IMG/VR virus record: IMGVR_UViG_3300049595_001870
Span: 1-64,000 of that record
Direction: 5' to 3' (one strand)
Source of the DNA: a virus
DNA: 64,000 bases
Positions 46,119-54,715 of this stretch are shown here, one piece after another (position 1 is the stretch's first letter; each line of letters begins with the position of its first letter). The notes beneath the pieces are model-generated. The model was not told where the DNA came from. It ran no database searches and saw only the letters and a list, made by a program, of their open reading frames with translations. The position numbers and the translations under genes were made by a program.

Positions 46119-46673
46119 TCAACTGCGGACCAGATTGACAATGGCAAGGACGTTCTGACCGGTCGTACCAGCCGACAGAGCCCGGCCGATGTAGCCGTTC
46201 TGAAGGAACGTGGCAGCGCCCGTCTGAGCCTGACCCGCCGTAGTGGACACCGTGCTGGTCGCCGCCGTGAGAGCCACCAGAACGGTGTTCACGGCCGCTT
46301 CCTGCGCCGGGCCGAGCTTGACCTCGGTCGGGCCGTCAATCGTAATCCAGAACACATCGTTGGCAGCCACACCCGCGGCAGGCAGATGCTCGTCCACCAC
46401 GCCAGCCGACGCTTGGTCGGTGACGTTGGTGTAGCCATCAACCTCCGTGATCGAACCGCTCTTGAACGTGACCACCCGCTTCGGCAGCAGGGCCACGCCC
46501 GAGGTGTTCCGCACGGCGATGCACTTCTTCACCCGGTTGCTGCGGATCTTGCCGGTGGCCGGATTCACATCCGGAAACACCTTGACCGCACCAACCCATC
46601 CACCGCCATCCGAAGCGGACGAGACGCCAAGCGTCTGACCAAGAGCGAACGGCGGATCAACGTACAGACTCAT
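46119..46673 (-). CDS. capsid decoration/cement-like protein
   Basis: Ala/Thr/Gly-rich, directly after MCP. Confidence 0.65.
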   Translation of the reverse strand: MSLYVDPPFALGQTLGVSSASDGGGWVGAVKVFPDVNPATGKIRSNRVKKCIAVRNTSGVALLPKRVVTFKSGSITEVDGYTNVTDQASAGVVDEHLPAAGVAANDVFWITIDGPTEVKLGPAQEAAVNTVLVALTAATSTVSTTAGQAQTGAATFLQNGYIGRALSAGTTGQNVLAIVNLVRS

Positions 46674-46691
46674 CTTCTTTGTTCTCCTTGG

Positions 46692-47804
46692 TCAGACGAT
46701 CAGCTTGAAGAAGTTGCGCGGCGACTTGAACTTAAGGTTGCCGAGCGTCGAAACCACATACCGAAATTGCTGGGTCAGCTCGTCGTAGAACGGACCCTCG
46801 CTCACCATGAGCTGGGACTCCATGCAGAGCAACTCAATATTCCCGACCGCCAGCCCGTAGCCGGTGTTAGCCGGAACCGAATTTTCCGCCGACACCTCCA
46901 CTCCGTCCAGCTCAAATACATCCGTGAAGCCGTAGCTCCGCAGACCGTTCTGGCGGCTGACAATCACACGCTCCTTGGTATCAAGCGTGTTCAGGAAGTC
47001 GATGAACAGCCGGCGGTCCAGAAGGACCATGTCCACCTGATCTTCCTTGGTGTCGTTGCGGCGGGTCTGGTGAAGCGCCTCGCGGACAGCCTTCACGCAG
47101 TTGTCCTTCCAGGTGCTGGCACCGAAGTAGGACGAATCCGCGTTGACGATAACCGGCGAGAAGAAGTCGAACTCCGGATCGCTGACGCCGTTGGGCCAGA
47201 AGCCCGTGGTCGTCGCACTGCCACCGTACGCACCGAGGACGGTCGAAAGACCGGCATAGGTGTCGTTGGGGGCGAAGAACGGGTCAGCCGCGTTGGACGA
47301 GCGCGGGCTGTAGCCCGTGGCAGTCGAATCAATCGTCTGGGTCGCACCCATGAACGATTCGATGCCGTGGAACCGCAGCTCATTGCCCGACGCATAACCG
47401 TCCTGCACCCACTCCTTGGCGAGGTACTGCTCCATCGAAGTGAGCAGACGGCTCGCCATCTTGCCAGCGACCTGGACCAGAGCCTGGGCCGAACGGTTCT
47501 CAAGCATTTCACGCTTGTAGATCGCGTCGGTGACCTGCGCTCCCCGGTACTCCAACTCCAATTTCTTCCAGAGATTCTCGCGTGCGAAGCTGCGAGGAGT
47601 CTCACCATTGTTACCACTGGGATTGTGGTTCCGGTACTGGATTTCCCAGTCGAAACCACGGCCACTCATGTTGGTCCGGATCTGCCCGGCACCTTCCAGA
47701 GCGGCGAAAAACTTATACTTACGAAGCGATGCAATTTCCTCTTCCCGGAGGTGATTTACAATCGTCGTAGCAATTGAACGAGCCCAGTCAACACTACTGC
47801 TCAT
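46692..47804 (-). CDS. major capsid protein
   Basis: 370 aa after scaffold; ELDGVEV.., GNLKFKSPR C-terminal pattern of podovirus HK97-fold MCPs. Confidence 0.85.
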   Translation of the reverse strand: MSSSVDWARSIATTIVNHLREEEIASLRKYKFFAALEGAGQIRTNMSGRGFDWEIQYRNHNPSGNNGETPRSFARENLWKKLELEYRGAQVTDAIYKREMLENRSAQALVQVAGKMASRLLTSMEQYLAKEWVQDGYASGNELRFHGIESFMGATQTIDSTATGYSPRSSNAADPFFAPNDTYAGLSTVLGAYGGSATTTGFWPNGVSDPEFDFFSPVIVNADSSYFGASTWKDNCVKAVREALHQTRRNDTKEDQVDMVLLDRRLFIDFLNTLDTKERVIVSRQNGLRSYGFTDVFELDGVEVSAENSVPANTGYGLAVGNIELLCMESQLMVSEGPFYDELTQQFRYVVSTLGNLKFKSPRNFFKLIV

Positions 47805-48826
47805 CAGATGACTCCATCAGTTACGAGCTGGCTTTTCAGCCGGTCTTCAAAACTCATCCTCTGGCGCGGTGCCCGAGGCTCACTGGTTCCTGCACTCCGA
47901 TTCGGGGTACGGGTTGCACGCTCCCGAAGGAACTGCATGTTCTGTTGTGCCACTGGGTCAGCCGGGGGTGCCTGTGGCGCGGCAGGCTCGGCAAAACCCT
48001 GCGCCATGGCGGGCGGGGCAGATGACAACTGCTGGTAGCGGAGATTCAGAAGATCCCGTTGCAGCATCGAAGTGGCGTACTTCCAGCGGGCCTCGGGGTT
48101 GGAAATCCCGATCTCGGAAGCCTGCTGGATATACGCCTGAATGGCTTGGCCTTCACGGCTGATGTTTCCGGACTGGTCGTACAGCCAGTCGGAGTTCTGC
48201 TGCTCAAGCGACTGAACGTAGTTCTTCGCCGTGTACTGCCCGAGCTGGGCCTGAACAAGTTCCTCGGCCTTCTGCCGCGCCACATCCTCAATGAAGGGCT
48301 TCAGCGTGTTCTCGGGATCGGTGACGAACTTGCGGGCGAAGTCGGCGGTGTACGCCTGATACTTCTGGAGGGCGACCTTGGCCTCATAGGGAGCATCGGG
48401 GGCGATGATTTCCTTGCCCGTGGAAGGGTCGCGGATGATCCAGGACTTGTAGGAATCATCGACCGAGGGCGGGTTCCACCACTTCGGCTTCTCGGCGGGC
48501 TTGGGCGCCTGGGCCTGCGCCTGGGCGGCCTTCCACTGCTCATACGCCTGCTTGTTCTGGAGGTATTCCGTGGCGTGCGGAATGATGTTCTGGTACTGCT
48601 GGAGCTGCCGCTGGGCTTCGCCGTACCCGCTGTATGCCTGATACAGGTTGCGGGCGATGGCCAGATCGTCCTGGCCCTGGAAGTCCGGCAGCGCCTTGAA
48701 CGCGGAATAGGGCGTGTCGAAACCGCCGTACTCAGCCGGAGCGCTTTGCGGGGCCTCGGAGACAGGGGCTTCGGGAGCCTCTGATACCGGCGCGTCGTTC
48801 AGAACGTCTTCGTCAGCCATGGTCAT
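47804..48826 (-). CDS. capsid scaffolding protein
   Basis: Acidic Pro-rich N-terminus, helical Gln/Ala core, coupled to MCP. Confidence 0.7.
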   Translation of the reverse strand: MTMADEDVLNDAPVSEAPEAPVSEAPQSAPAEYGGFDTPYSAFKALPDFQGQDDLAIARNLYQAYSGYGEAQRQLQQYQNIIPHATEYLQNKQAYEQWKAAQAQAQAPKPAEKPKWWNPPSVDDSYKSWIIRDPSTGKEIIAPDAPYEAKVALQKYQAYTADFARKFVTDPENTLKPFIEDVARQKAEELVQAQLGQYTAKNYVQSLEQQNSDWLYDQSGNISREGQAIQAYIQQASEIGISNPEARWKYATSMLQRDLLNLRYQQLSSAPPAMAQGFAEPAAPQAPPADPVAQQNMQFLRERATRTPNRSAGTSEPRAPRQRMSFEDRLKSQLVTDGVI

Positions 48827-48874
48827 CCTAGATCGGGGGTTGGGGGATCTAGAAGACCAATGTCTAGCAGGGGC

Positions 48875-49114
48875 CTAACTTGTTACGGGCGCCTCGTCGG
48901 CCACTTCAACGGGAGCCTCTGTCTCAACCCACACCCGGGCTCCGCAGGACAACGGGTGGTCTGGCTCATACCGGATCACGCAGGGGCCGTCGATTCGCAC
49001 CGAGTGGCCGTAGCGGTTCGACTTGTAGTTCTTGACCGTGATCACCGGCTCGCGCTCGCCGGTCTTTTGGTTCCGGCGGATAACGTGCTGGTTGATGTGG
49101 ATGATGTGCTTCAT
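48875..49114 (-). CDS. conserved small phage protein
   Basis: IHINQH.IR.N.K.G..EPVITVK...PLSCGARVWVET. Confidence 0.75.
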   Translation of the reverse strand: MKHIIHINQHVIRRNQKTGEREPVITVKNYKSNRYGHSVRIDGPCVIRYEPDHPLSCGARVWVETEAPVEVADEAPVTS

Positions 49115-49941
49115 TGCTCGCCCTGCATGCCGCTGGCAGCCCCCGCGCCGATAGCACCGGGAACGGCGTACTTGCGGAGGATGCGGATGGAGTCTTCGGT
49201 GCCGGGGAACATGACGTAGTTAAGCGACCCAGTGCCGCGCTGTCGCGGGTCGAAGTCTGGGTATTTAATTCCCGGGATGCCGCTTAGAGACATTTCGTAG
49301 GCTGCTTGCAATGGCGACCGACTTCCAGCCTTTACGTTGTTCCACAGCCTTGCACCATCACCCGGCTCGTCCAGCATGCCTCGGTAGGAACCTCCTCGGC
49401 CTGCATACGCCTTCTTCACTGCTTCCGGCTGCAAAGACATGGGAGCCTCCCAGTCCAGCAAGTCTCTTTCTGGGTGCTGTATCTCCACTTCGTAAGAGTG
49501 GCCGGGGCGGCGTGGCAGCGGCTGGCGATAATCAACGCCGTATAGGTGCCCCATCACATCGCCCCATAGGTCGGCAGCATCTTCATTCGGAAGGCTCTTC
49601 GCCCTCGCCATAGCCCCTTCGGCGTAATCCATGGCATCCAGCAACGCTCGCTTGGGGTCGCCAGACATTTCGGCATGCCGACGCCAAAGCTCCAGTGCCT
49701 CTTCCTCTGGCGTGCGGTTCAAGGCAGACAGACTTCTGCGATATGTATCAGCAGTGCTTTCCGCGCCAGCGAAGTTGTATCCGTAGCCATAGCGGGCCGC
49801 CCCTTGCCCGGTGCCGATCTTGCTGGCATCAAACCTGTCAAAGTCATACGGGCTGCCGTGGTAGGCCCGGATGTACTTGGGCTGCTCGGCCTGCCCAGCG
49901 ATGGCTCGCAGTACGTCATCGACTGCTCCCGGTCCTGCCAT
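49111..49941 (-). CDS. stand-alone ADP-ribosyltransferase-like (polyvalent-protein ART) domain
   Basis: AYHGSP.DFDRFD.SKIGTGQG...YGYG.NF; GIPGIKY.D...NYVMF. Confidence 0.6.
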   Translation of the reverse strand: MAGPGAVDDVLRAIAGQAEQPKYIRAYHGSPYDFDRFDASKIGTGQGAARYGYGYNFAGAESTADTYRRSLSALNRTPEEEALELWRRHAEMSGDPKRALLDAMDYAEGAMARAKSLPNEDAADLWGDVMGHLYGVDYRQPLPRRPGHSYEVEIQHPERDLLDWEAPMSLQPEAVKKAYAGRGGSYRGMLDEPGDGARLWNNVKAGSRSPLQAAYEMSLSGIPGIKYPDFDPRQRGTGSLNYVMFPGTEDSIRILRKYAVPGAIGAGAASGMQGEQ

Positions 49942-51146
49942 TACCGCAACCTCCCAATCAGTGCGTCCTGCCTCGCCTGATCTTCCAACTGCTTGGCACG
50001 GATCTGTGCGGCCATGCTCATGCCGGTCATCACTTGACCGGGAGCGAACTCAATGCCGATCTGCTTGGCGATGGGGAGTAGCTTTCCGGACTTGCTCGCG
50101 GCTGCGATCCCAGGAGCGTCAAACACGGGGTTGAAGAGATCGTCGGTCGCCATGCCCAGGAAGTACGCCGGGGTTTCCGGCACCCCCTGGCCCATGAAGT
50201 AGTCCTTGCCCTCCTGGAGATCGACGCTCTGCGCCTCGTCAGACAGGCCGCCATACTGCATGGCGTCGTACATGGTCGTTCCGTAGGGCGTTGGGTTGTA
50301 TCCCATCTGCCCCCAGTTCACCCCGGCATCAAAATCCTGCCGCGTATCCTTCATGTCCGACCACGCGGAGTGACCTTCGCCTGCCTGCGGCGCGTAGCCG
50401 ACAGCCTCGGCCATCGCTTGCCCCGGAGCCGTGAGAGTGTTGGCGGCATATGCCAGATTCTTTCCCGCGTCTGGGAACTGAACGCCAGGAGTTCCGCCCA
50501 TCGCCTTGCTCGTCACATAGTCCGCGGCGTTGCCGACGTTTTCCCCAATGGCATACAGCGTGGACGGGAGCGACTGCCCCCATGTCAACGCAGTGTTGAC
50601 GGGAGAACCCTCACCCAAGACTCCCGTAGTTTCTGTCGGACTTGTCAGGCGATCCCTATACCCGTCTTGGTTGGCGGCATAGGCGTACATGTCCAGCGCC
50701 AGCTCCTCGGGCAACTGTCGCCAAGCCGAAGGAAACATGCCGTTCACCGGCTTGCCGTACGCCGCGAGCATCTGCTCCATCATCTCCGCCTGCTGAAGGC
50801 CAGACTGCCTCGCCTGCGGGAGCTTGGGTCGCTGGAACGGGCTCTGAAACCCAGCCGTCTCTTGCGCCGCAGGGGTTGGGACGCCAGCGGAAACGTCTTG
50901 GACCAGCGCCTCCACATATCGGCCGAGCTGCCGCTGCGGGTCAAAGCGGTATGCCGCCGAACCCTCCTGTGTGTTCAACTGCGGGTTGATGGCATCCGCC
51001 GCAGCCTGCCGGGCACGGTCCTCCGAGGCAGCCTGACTCTGGTAATACCAGTCAGTCACATCTTCCGTGATGTTGCCGAGCGAGAAGTTGCGGCTAGAGC
51101 GAGGAAACCACGGGCGATTCCCGGCACGGAGTTCATCGGCCATCAC
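49941..51146 (-). CDS. hypothetical virion-region protein, 401 aa
   Basis: Coupled ORF. Confidence 0.7.
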   Translation of the reverse strand: MMADELRAGNRPWFPRSSRNFSLGNITEDVTDWYYQSQAASEDRARQAAADAINPQLNTQEGSAAYRFDPQRQLGRYVEALVQDVSAGVPTPAAQETAGFQSPFQRPKLPQARQSGLQQAEMMEQMLAAYGKPVNGMFPSAWRQLPEELALDMYAYAANQDGYRDRLTSPTETTGVLGEGSPVNTALTWGQSLPSTLYAIGENVGNAADYVTSKAMGGTPGVQFPDAGKNLAYAANTLTAPGQAMAEAVGYAPQAGEGHSAWSDMKDTRQDFDAGVNWGQMGYNPTPYGTTMYDAMQYGGLSDEAQSVDLQEGKDYFMGQGVPETPAYFLGMATDDLFNPVFDAPGIAAASKSGKLLPIAKQIGIEFAPGQVMTGMSMAAQIRAKQLEDQARQDALIGRLR

Positions 51147-51418
51147 CAGCTCCAGTTGCAGGACCAGTAACCGGGCTTTAGCTTGTCGGTCTTCTCGTCG
51201 CAGTTATGCCGGGCTTTGAAGTTGGCCCGACGCCCCTCATCCCCATGCCCGCGGTCAGAGGAGCCTTCCTTGTAGTGCCCCATGCTGGAGTCCCCGAATC
51301 GGACCAGCCGCTCCTGATCCCCCACCTTGGCGCGGACAACAAACTTCTTGCCGCCCTGCGTGTCCCTGACGGGACGGTTGGGAATCAGACTACGAATCTT
51401 GTCGCCGTCCCTGTCCAC
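51143..51418 (-). CDS. conserved small basic protein
   Basis: KKFVV...VRFGDSSM...RRANFKARHNC...PGYWSC pattern recalled from aquatic viruses. Confidence 0.75.
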   Translation of the reverse strand: MDRDGDKIRSLIPNRPVRDTQGGKKFVVRAKVGDQERLVRFGDSSMGHYKEGSSDRGHGDEGRRANFKARHNCDEKTDKLKPGYWSCNWSW

Positions 51419-51557
51419 TCAGCTTCCTCCACTGCTTCTTGTCGGGGTAGTCCTTGTCCCCAGGCTTGGCAGGAGCCTCACCACGCTCCCGCTTGGCACG
51501 GATGTTGTCCCACAACCCGCGCCGCAACTGCCGGACCTTGTCGCCGTCCTTATCCAC
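51390..51557 (-). CDS. 55-aa basic protein
   Basis: Hand-translated MDKDGDKVRQLRRGLWDNIRAKRERGEAPAKPGDKDYP... Confidence 0.7.
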   Translation of the reverse strand: MDKDGDKVRQLRRGLWDNIRAKRERGEAPAKPGDKDYPDKKQWRKLSGQGRRQDS

Positions 51558-51864
51558 GGCGGTTGTCTTCGGTGTAGCTGTAGGTCTGGTTCCCCTGCGC
51601 TGGCTGCTGCGGCGGCGTGAACTGGAAGGTGCTGCGGCCTTCCTTGCGGGCGAGCTGATCCAAGAGCTGGCGGATCATCTGACCTTGCGGATCGCTCGCG
51701 GACGCATCCGCCTCCAGGCCCGAATGCACCGCGCGGGTGGCAGCGAATTCCCCGGGCCCCATGTACATCATGCCAGGGCCGGTATACACCGTCCGACCGG
51801 CGGCGTCGGTCCCGGCGCCTGATCGGGCAATAAAGTTATTCAACCGAGCATTGGGGCTATCCAT
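51550..51864 (-). CDS. hypothetical protein
   Basis: SD AGGAG; coupled. Confidence 0.65.
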   Translation of the reverse strand: MDSPNARLNNFIARSGAGTDAAGRTVYTGPGMMYMGPGEFAATRAVHSGLEADASASDPQGQMIRQLLDQLARKEGRSTFQFTPPQQPAQGNQTYSYTEDNRRG

Positions 51865-52310
51865 CAGGCTCTCCTTTTGTAGTTACCAGTCTTATAGGTG
51901 CCGTCTGCACGGGCACGCTTGATTCGCTCTAACAAATAATCAACGCCTTCCTGGCTGCCTTGCGAAGCCAGCGAAGCGCCCGCGGGATTGTGCATGCCAA
52001 ACCGCCGCTCATACGCCTGCCGGGCACGTTCCATGCGAAGCTGCCGCATGGCCTCTTGCGGATCCATCGGCGGTGGCGAGCTGGAGGGCAAGCCGGGGAA
52101 GATGTCATTAACGTCCAAGGTCGGCTTGGCTGCGTTCGTTGCCACCGGACGGACAACGGCTCCTTGTGGCCCGATCATCGCCGGAACGGCAGGCCAAGAA
52201 GCGACCTCGGCATCGGCGGCCGTCTCTGGGAGCCCCGCACCTAGATCCTCTGGGAACAACTGGTACGGCCTGTAGCCCTTCAGCCGCTCTTCGTTGAACT
52301 GCATATTCAT
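51864..52310 (-). CDS. hypothetical protein
   Basis: Start MNMQFNEE overlaps upstream stop. Confidence 0.6.
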   Translation of the reverse strand: MNMQFNEERLKGYRPYQLFPEDLGAGLPETAADAEVASWPAVPAMIGPQGAVVRPVATNAAKPTLDVNDIFPGLPSSSPPPMDPQEAMRQLRMERARQAYERRFGMHNPAGASLASQGSQEGVDYLLERIKRARADGTYKTGNYKRRA

Positions 52311-52984
52311 ACTGAACCATTGCCCTTCTTCCTGGCCCGGCGAATCGCCAAGCGGATCAACATCTTGCCCGCCGCATGCACGTACGGGAGGTTCCTCTTC
52401 TTGGCCTCCTCTTCCAACCAGCCGGAGATGGTGTCGATGTTCTCTTCGCACCAATCGCAGCCGCGCTCATTCATCACCTTGGCCCGCTGGTTACAGGGGC
52501 AAGAGGGCGTGGCTGTGATGCCGAGATAACTCAGCAGCGACTTCAGCTCCGCGCCGGGGCCAAACTCCACGGCCAGCGGACCAGACGAAGAACTACATGG
52601 AGTCTCATACGGAGTCTCCTGAAAGGGATACGCCTCGGTTCCCACATCTTCCACAGTCGGCTCGTCGCAGGCGCAGCCCTCATTGCAGCCCGCCAGAAGC
52701 TCCCAGCCGTTCTCCCAGAATCCACCAACCCAGACCGGCTGCCACTGGCAAGGCCCGCCGCAGCCATCGCCCGGCACGCATTCCCCGTCCACGCAGACGC
52801 AGCCCTCAGAACAGTCAGCGTCCTCGTCGCAAGTCCCGCTACAGCACGGACTGGGCTCGCACACCCCCGAGCAGCAATACTCGCCCTCCTGGCAGCACTC
52901 GCCATAGATGCCACCGCAGCAGCACTTGCCTTCCTGGCCTTCAGTGCAGTCCACATTCCCGCAGCAGCACTTACAGCAGGTCAT
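52307..52984 (-). CDS. Cys-rich N-terminal domain fused to CxC/WC C-terminal domain
   Basis: 26 Cys in first ~110 aa; C-terminal GPGAELKSLL...CPCNQRA..MN..GCDWC. Confidence 0.7.
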   Translation of the reverse strand: MTCCKCCCGNVDCTEGQEGKCCCGGIYGECCQEGEYCCSGVCEPSPCCSGTCDEDADCSEGCVCVDGECVPGDGCGGPCQWQPVWVGGFWENGWELLAGCNEGCACDEPTVEDVGTEAYPFQETPYETPCSSSSGPLAVEFGPGAELKSLLSYLGITATPSCPCNQRAKVMNERGCDWCEENIDTISGWLEEEAKKRNLPYVHAAGKMLIRLAIRRARKKGNGSV

Positions 52985-53243
52985 CGTCTTCCCAATCCAG
53001 CCAGACGATGTCGGTGAGCAGAGACTCCATACCGACCATTGCGACACAGAGGCCCGAGAGCAGGCGGAGAACGGCGATTCCACGCGAGCGACACACGGCG
53101 ACAAAAGGCCGCGACACACGGGGGAGAGCGGGAAACGACATGTGGGGGCTAGTAGGGTGAAAAAATCCAGGGGTGGATATGACCTGATACGCGCGACGCG
53201 CTGGGGGGCCTCGGGGGGTGCGTCTCTTCGCTCCTGCCCGTGT

Positions 53244-53272
53244 CGTAACCCCTTTGCCTGCAACGGGTTACG
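53244..53272. promoter_or_regulatory. 11-7-11 inverted-repeat site (recombinase core or operator)
   Basis: CGTAACCCCTT-TGCCTGC-AACGGGTTACG; arms match 10/11. Confidence 0.45.
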
Positions 53273-53373
53273 CTTGCGGGATATTGGCGGAACGGGCATC
53301 CCGCCCTCAGTCTCATTTTGAGACAGCCCACAATCGACACTGCGACATGTCGGGATGCATCGACACTTCAACG

Positions 53374-53410
53374 AAAAAAACCCCGGGAAGCCCGCAAGCC
53401 CCCCGGGGTT
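53374..53410 (-). terminator. Rho-independent terminator after 53433-54005
   Basis: AACCCCGGG...CCCGGGGTT stem plus T7 tract on - strand. Confidence 0.75.
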
Positions 53411-53432
53411 CGATGATCGCCCTATGCCGCTG

Positions 53433-54005
53433 TCACTCCGCCGAGAACCCGCAAGCCTCACGGACCAACTCCCGGACCCCGGGAAGCCCAAGACGCTTGG
53501 CCAAGCGGTACGCCTTCCGGCCTAACGCGGGGCTTGTGGCGATCCTCTCCACCGCTTCGGCCACACTGGCGGGTCCGAAGGCGGCCCGGGCTTTCGCCCT
53601 CTCCCGGGCTTGAATCTCGCCCGCTGCAATCTTGGCCACACTCATTTTGACGGGCTTGCCATCGCTCCCCCGGGGAACCCGCTTGGCGGTCGATTGACGC
53701 CGGTTGCCGGTGAACCCGTGCCATCCTGACCGCCGAGCGTACGCCCGTACGCTGTAGTAAGCCCGGGCATGATCCCCCCGGGGAATCTGGCGGGCTCCCC
53801 AGTTACGCCCCAGCCAGTGAAGATAGAACGCGCTGGCCGCTTCCTGCGCCGCATCCTCGGAAAGCCCGTCCCGCTGGGCGTCACGGGCGAAGCGGTCGCG
53901 GATCGTCAGATGATCCTCGGGCGGAAGGTCCGTCGGATCGTAGGGCCGCATTGGCCATTCGCAGGAAGCCCCGTTGTGGGCGAAATACAGGCTAATCGGT
54001 TGCAT
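53433..54005 (-). CDS. hypothetical basic protein, weak sigma region-2-like look
   Basis: DAAQEAASAFYLHWL...RAYYSVRAYARR; has own terminator. Confidence 0.55.
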   Translation of the reverse strand: MQPISLYFAHNGASCEWPMRPYDPTDLPPEDHLTIRDRFARDAQRDGLSEDAAQEAASAFYLHWLGRNWGARQIPRGDHARAYYSVRAYARRSGWHGFTGNRRQSTAKRVPRGSDGKPVKMSVAKIAAGEIQARERAKARAAFGPASVAEAVERIATSPALGRKAYRLAKRLGLPGVRELVREACGFSAE

Positions 54006-54131
54006 GGTCAAACCCTCGGGAAGTGTTACCCCCGGGAGACAGTCCCCCGGGCGGTCCGTTGAATGTAGCACAATCGGACCCCGTTACAATCGGCCGATTT
54101 CCCGGGCGAAAGTAGTAAAAAGATTTTTCCC

Positions 54132-54168
54132 AAGATTTTTTTCGCCGTCCCGCTGTATAGGTGTTGTG
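54132..54168 (+). promoter_or_regulatory. direct repeat 1, early-promoter-like
   Basis: AAGATTTTTTT-nnn-CGTCCCGCTGTATA-..TGTTGTG, repeated at 54346. Confidence 0.55.
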
Positions 54169-54210
54169 AGAGTGAGTGAGTGAGTGTGAGTGAGTGAGTG
54201 AGTGAGTGAG
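54166..54210 (+). repeat. (GTGA)n microsatellite
   Basis: About 10 GTGA units with small interruptions. Confidence 0.95.
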
Positions 54211-54213
54211 CCT

Positions 54214-54249
54214 TTCGCTCGCTTGTTCGCTTGTTCGCTCGCTTGTTCG
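54214..54249 (+). repeat. TTCGC(TCGC)TTG tandem repeat
   Basis: TTCGCTCGCTTG TTCGCTTG TTCGCTCGCTTG TTCG. Confidence 0.9.
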
Positions 54250-54345
54250 ATTCACGGGCATTCTCCCGGTTTTCCGGGGGTGTGCCGCTCACACTGGCGC
54301 AGATTCTGTCTGCGGTCAGCGTACGAAAAAAATCCTTCCGTGCGA

Positions 54346-54402
54346 AAGATTTTTTTGTGCGTCCCGCTGTATATGTTGTGCGGTGAGTGTGAGTGTGAGT
54401 GT
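54346..54402 (+). promoter_or_regulatory. direct repeat 2 followed by (GTGAGT)3
   Basis: Shares CGTCCCGCTGTATA and the T-tract with repeat 1. Confidence 0.55.
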
Positions 54403-54468
54403 AACGCTCGCAATGCGGGGAGTAACGTATTACTCTATCCGCATGCGGGCAGCATATGAGGTGACACT

Positions 54469-54648
54469 ATGGACGATGAGGATCGTTCGCAGTTCGCCCG
54501 GCCTGGGTCTGCGTTGCGTCGGGCCACCAAGGGGAATCCTCGGATTCACCCGTGCCCAACGTGCAAAGAGCCCAACAGACTGACCCCCGCGGATGTTCGC
54601 CGGGGATACCAGTGTGATGCCTGTGCGGACAGGGATGAAGGTGTGTGA
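54469..54648 (+). CDS. 59-aa Zn-ribbon protein, first early gene
   Basis: Hand-translated ...HPCPTCKEPN...YQCDAC; SD GAGGTG. Confidence 0.75.
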   Translation: MDDEDRSQFARPGSALRRATKGNPRIHPCPTCKEPNRLTPADVRRGYQCDACADRDEGV

Positions 54649-54653
54649 CGGGA

Positions 54654-54715
54654 TCCGATCCCGGGCAGTGACAGCCCCTCCGGGGGTTATTCCGTGTTGC
54701 TGTCCGGGTTCGGCT
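54654..54715 (+). other. long intergenic hairpin
   Basis: CCGATCCCGGGCAGTGAC pairs with GTTGCTGTCCGGGTTCGG (17/18 including G-U). Confidence 0.55.

Noticed and set aside
53244-53272. Canonical XerCD dif site
   Set aside because: Arms do not match the E. coli-type dif consensus and the spacer is 7 bp; retained only as a generic recombinase or operator candidate.
52985-53491. N-terminal extension of the 394-aa ORF 52307-53491
   Set aside because: Crosses a terminator and palindromic non-coding DNA; the plausible start is 52984.
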